Positions 63,530-64,000 of a DNA stretch of 64,000 nt are shown in pieces. Source of the DNA: Carcharhinus longimanus (taxonomy: Eukaryota). The notes below the pieces were generated by a model. It saw only the letters and a list, made by a program, of their open reading frames with translations, was not told the DNA's origin and made no database searches. The DNA lies in assembly GCA_030264375.1 (NCBI GenBank), contig JASCQW010000061.1:77382239-77446238 (forward strand), read 5' to 3'. A program made the position numbers and the translations under genes. Every line of letters starts with the position of its first letter. Within the stretch, counting starts at the first letter, position 1.

Positions 63530-64000
63530 TATTATCTAAATGTTTGAGAGTTTGAGATGCAAAGGGATCTGGGTGGCCTAGTGCATGAATCACAAAAGGC
63601 TATTATGTAGATACAGCAAGTAATTAGGAAAGCTAATAGAATGTTATCATTTATTGTGCAGGTCACTGAATACAAAAGTAGGGAGATTATGCTTCAGTTG
63701 TACAGGGCACTAGTGAGACCATTGTACTGTGTACAGTATTGGTCAATTTATTTAAGGAAGGATGTAAATGCATTGGAAGCAGTTTGGAAACTAATACCTG
63801 GAATGAGTGGGTTGTTTTATGAAGAAAGATTAGACAGGTTAGACTTGTATCGGTTGGAGTTTAGAAGAGTAAAGAAGTGACCCGTGAGGGGTCTTGACAG
63901 GCTGGATGTGGAGAGGATGTTTCCTCTTGTGGGAGAATCTAGAACTAGGGGTCACTATTTAAAATTAAGTGGTCACCTATTTAAAACAGAGACAAGGTGA
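63530..64000 (+). mobile_element. CR1 LINE 3' part, running off the window end
   Basis: QRDLG.LVHESQK, LQLYRALVRP..YCVQYWS.YLRKDVNALE and YEERLDRL motifs. Confidence 0.9.

Noticed and set aside
1-64000. Most ORFs in the six-frame track, and any prokaryote-style operon, CRISPR array or defence system
   Set aside because: The sequence is intron-rich vertebrate DNA. The ORFs are short, low-complexity, TE-derived or run through N gaps. No repeat-spacer array is present.

Overview
Eukaryotic (vertebrate) genomic DNA, almost certainly an elasmobranch, probably a shark, judging by HE1-type SINEs, CR1/HER1 LINEs and SacSINE1-like SINEs. The window appears to lie entirely inside one minus-strand gene of the L3MBTL (lethal(3)malignant brain tumor-like) histone methyl-lysine reader family, best matching L3MBTL4, with L3MBTL3 as the alternative. 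I reconstructed nine internal coding exons (49534 down to 5048) with GT-AG boundaries and an unbroken phase chain. They encode an N-terminal region with an FCS-like Cys4 finger, MBT repeat 1 and most of MBT repeat 2; I did not find the first or the later exons. The introns are packed with decayed transposable elements. Highlights: a ~7 kb ORF-less LTR retroelement (paired LTRs, tRNA-Ser-like PBS, polypurine tract) with nested CR1, Penelope, SINE and Rex1/Babar insertions; a Penelope-derived hammerhead-ribozyme-like motif with a compensatory U3-A8 core pair; a fossil PIF/Harbinger transposase; a duplicated exon-end/splice donor; and two abutting near-perfect inverted repeats. Almost all ORFs in the supplied track are spurious. 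I see no convincing wholly new multi-gene system. Repeat boundaries are approximate and family names come from motif recognition, not database searches.
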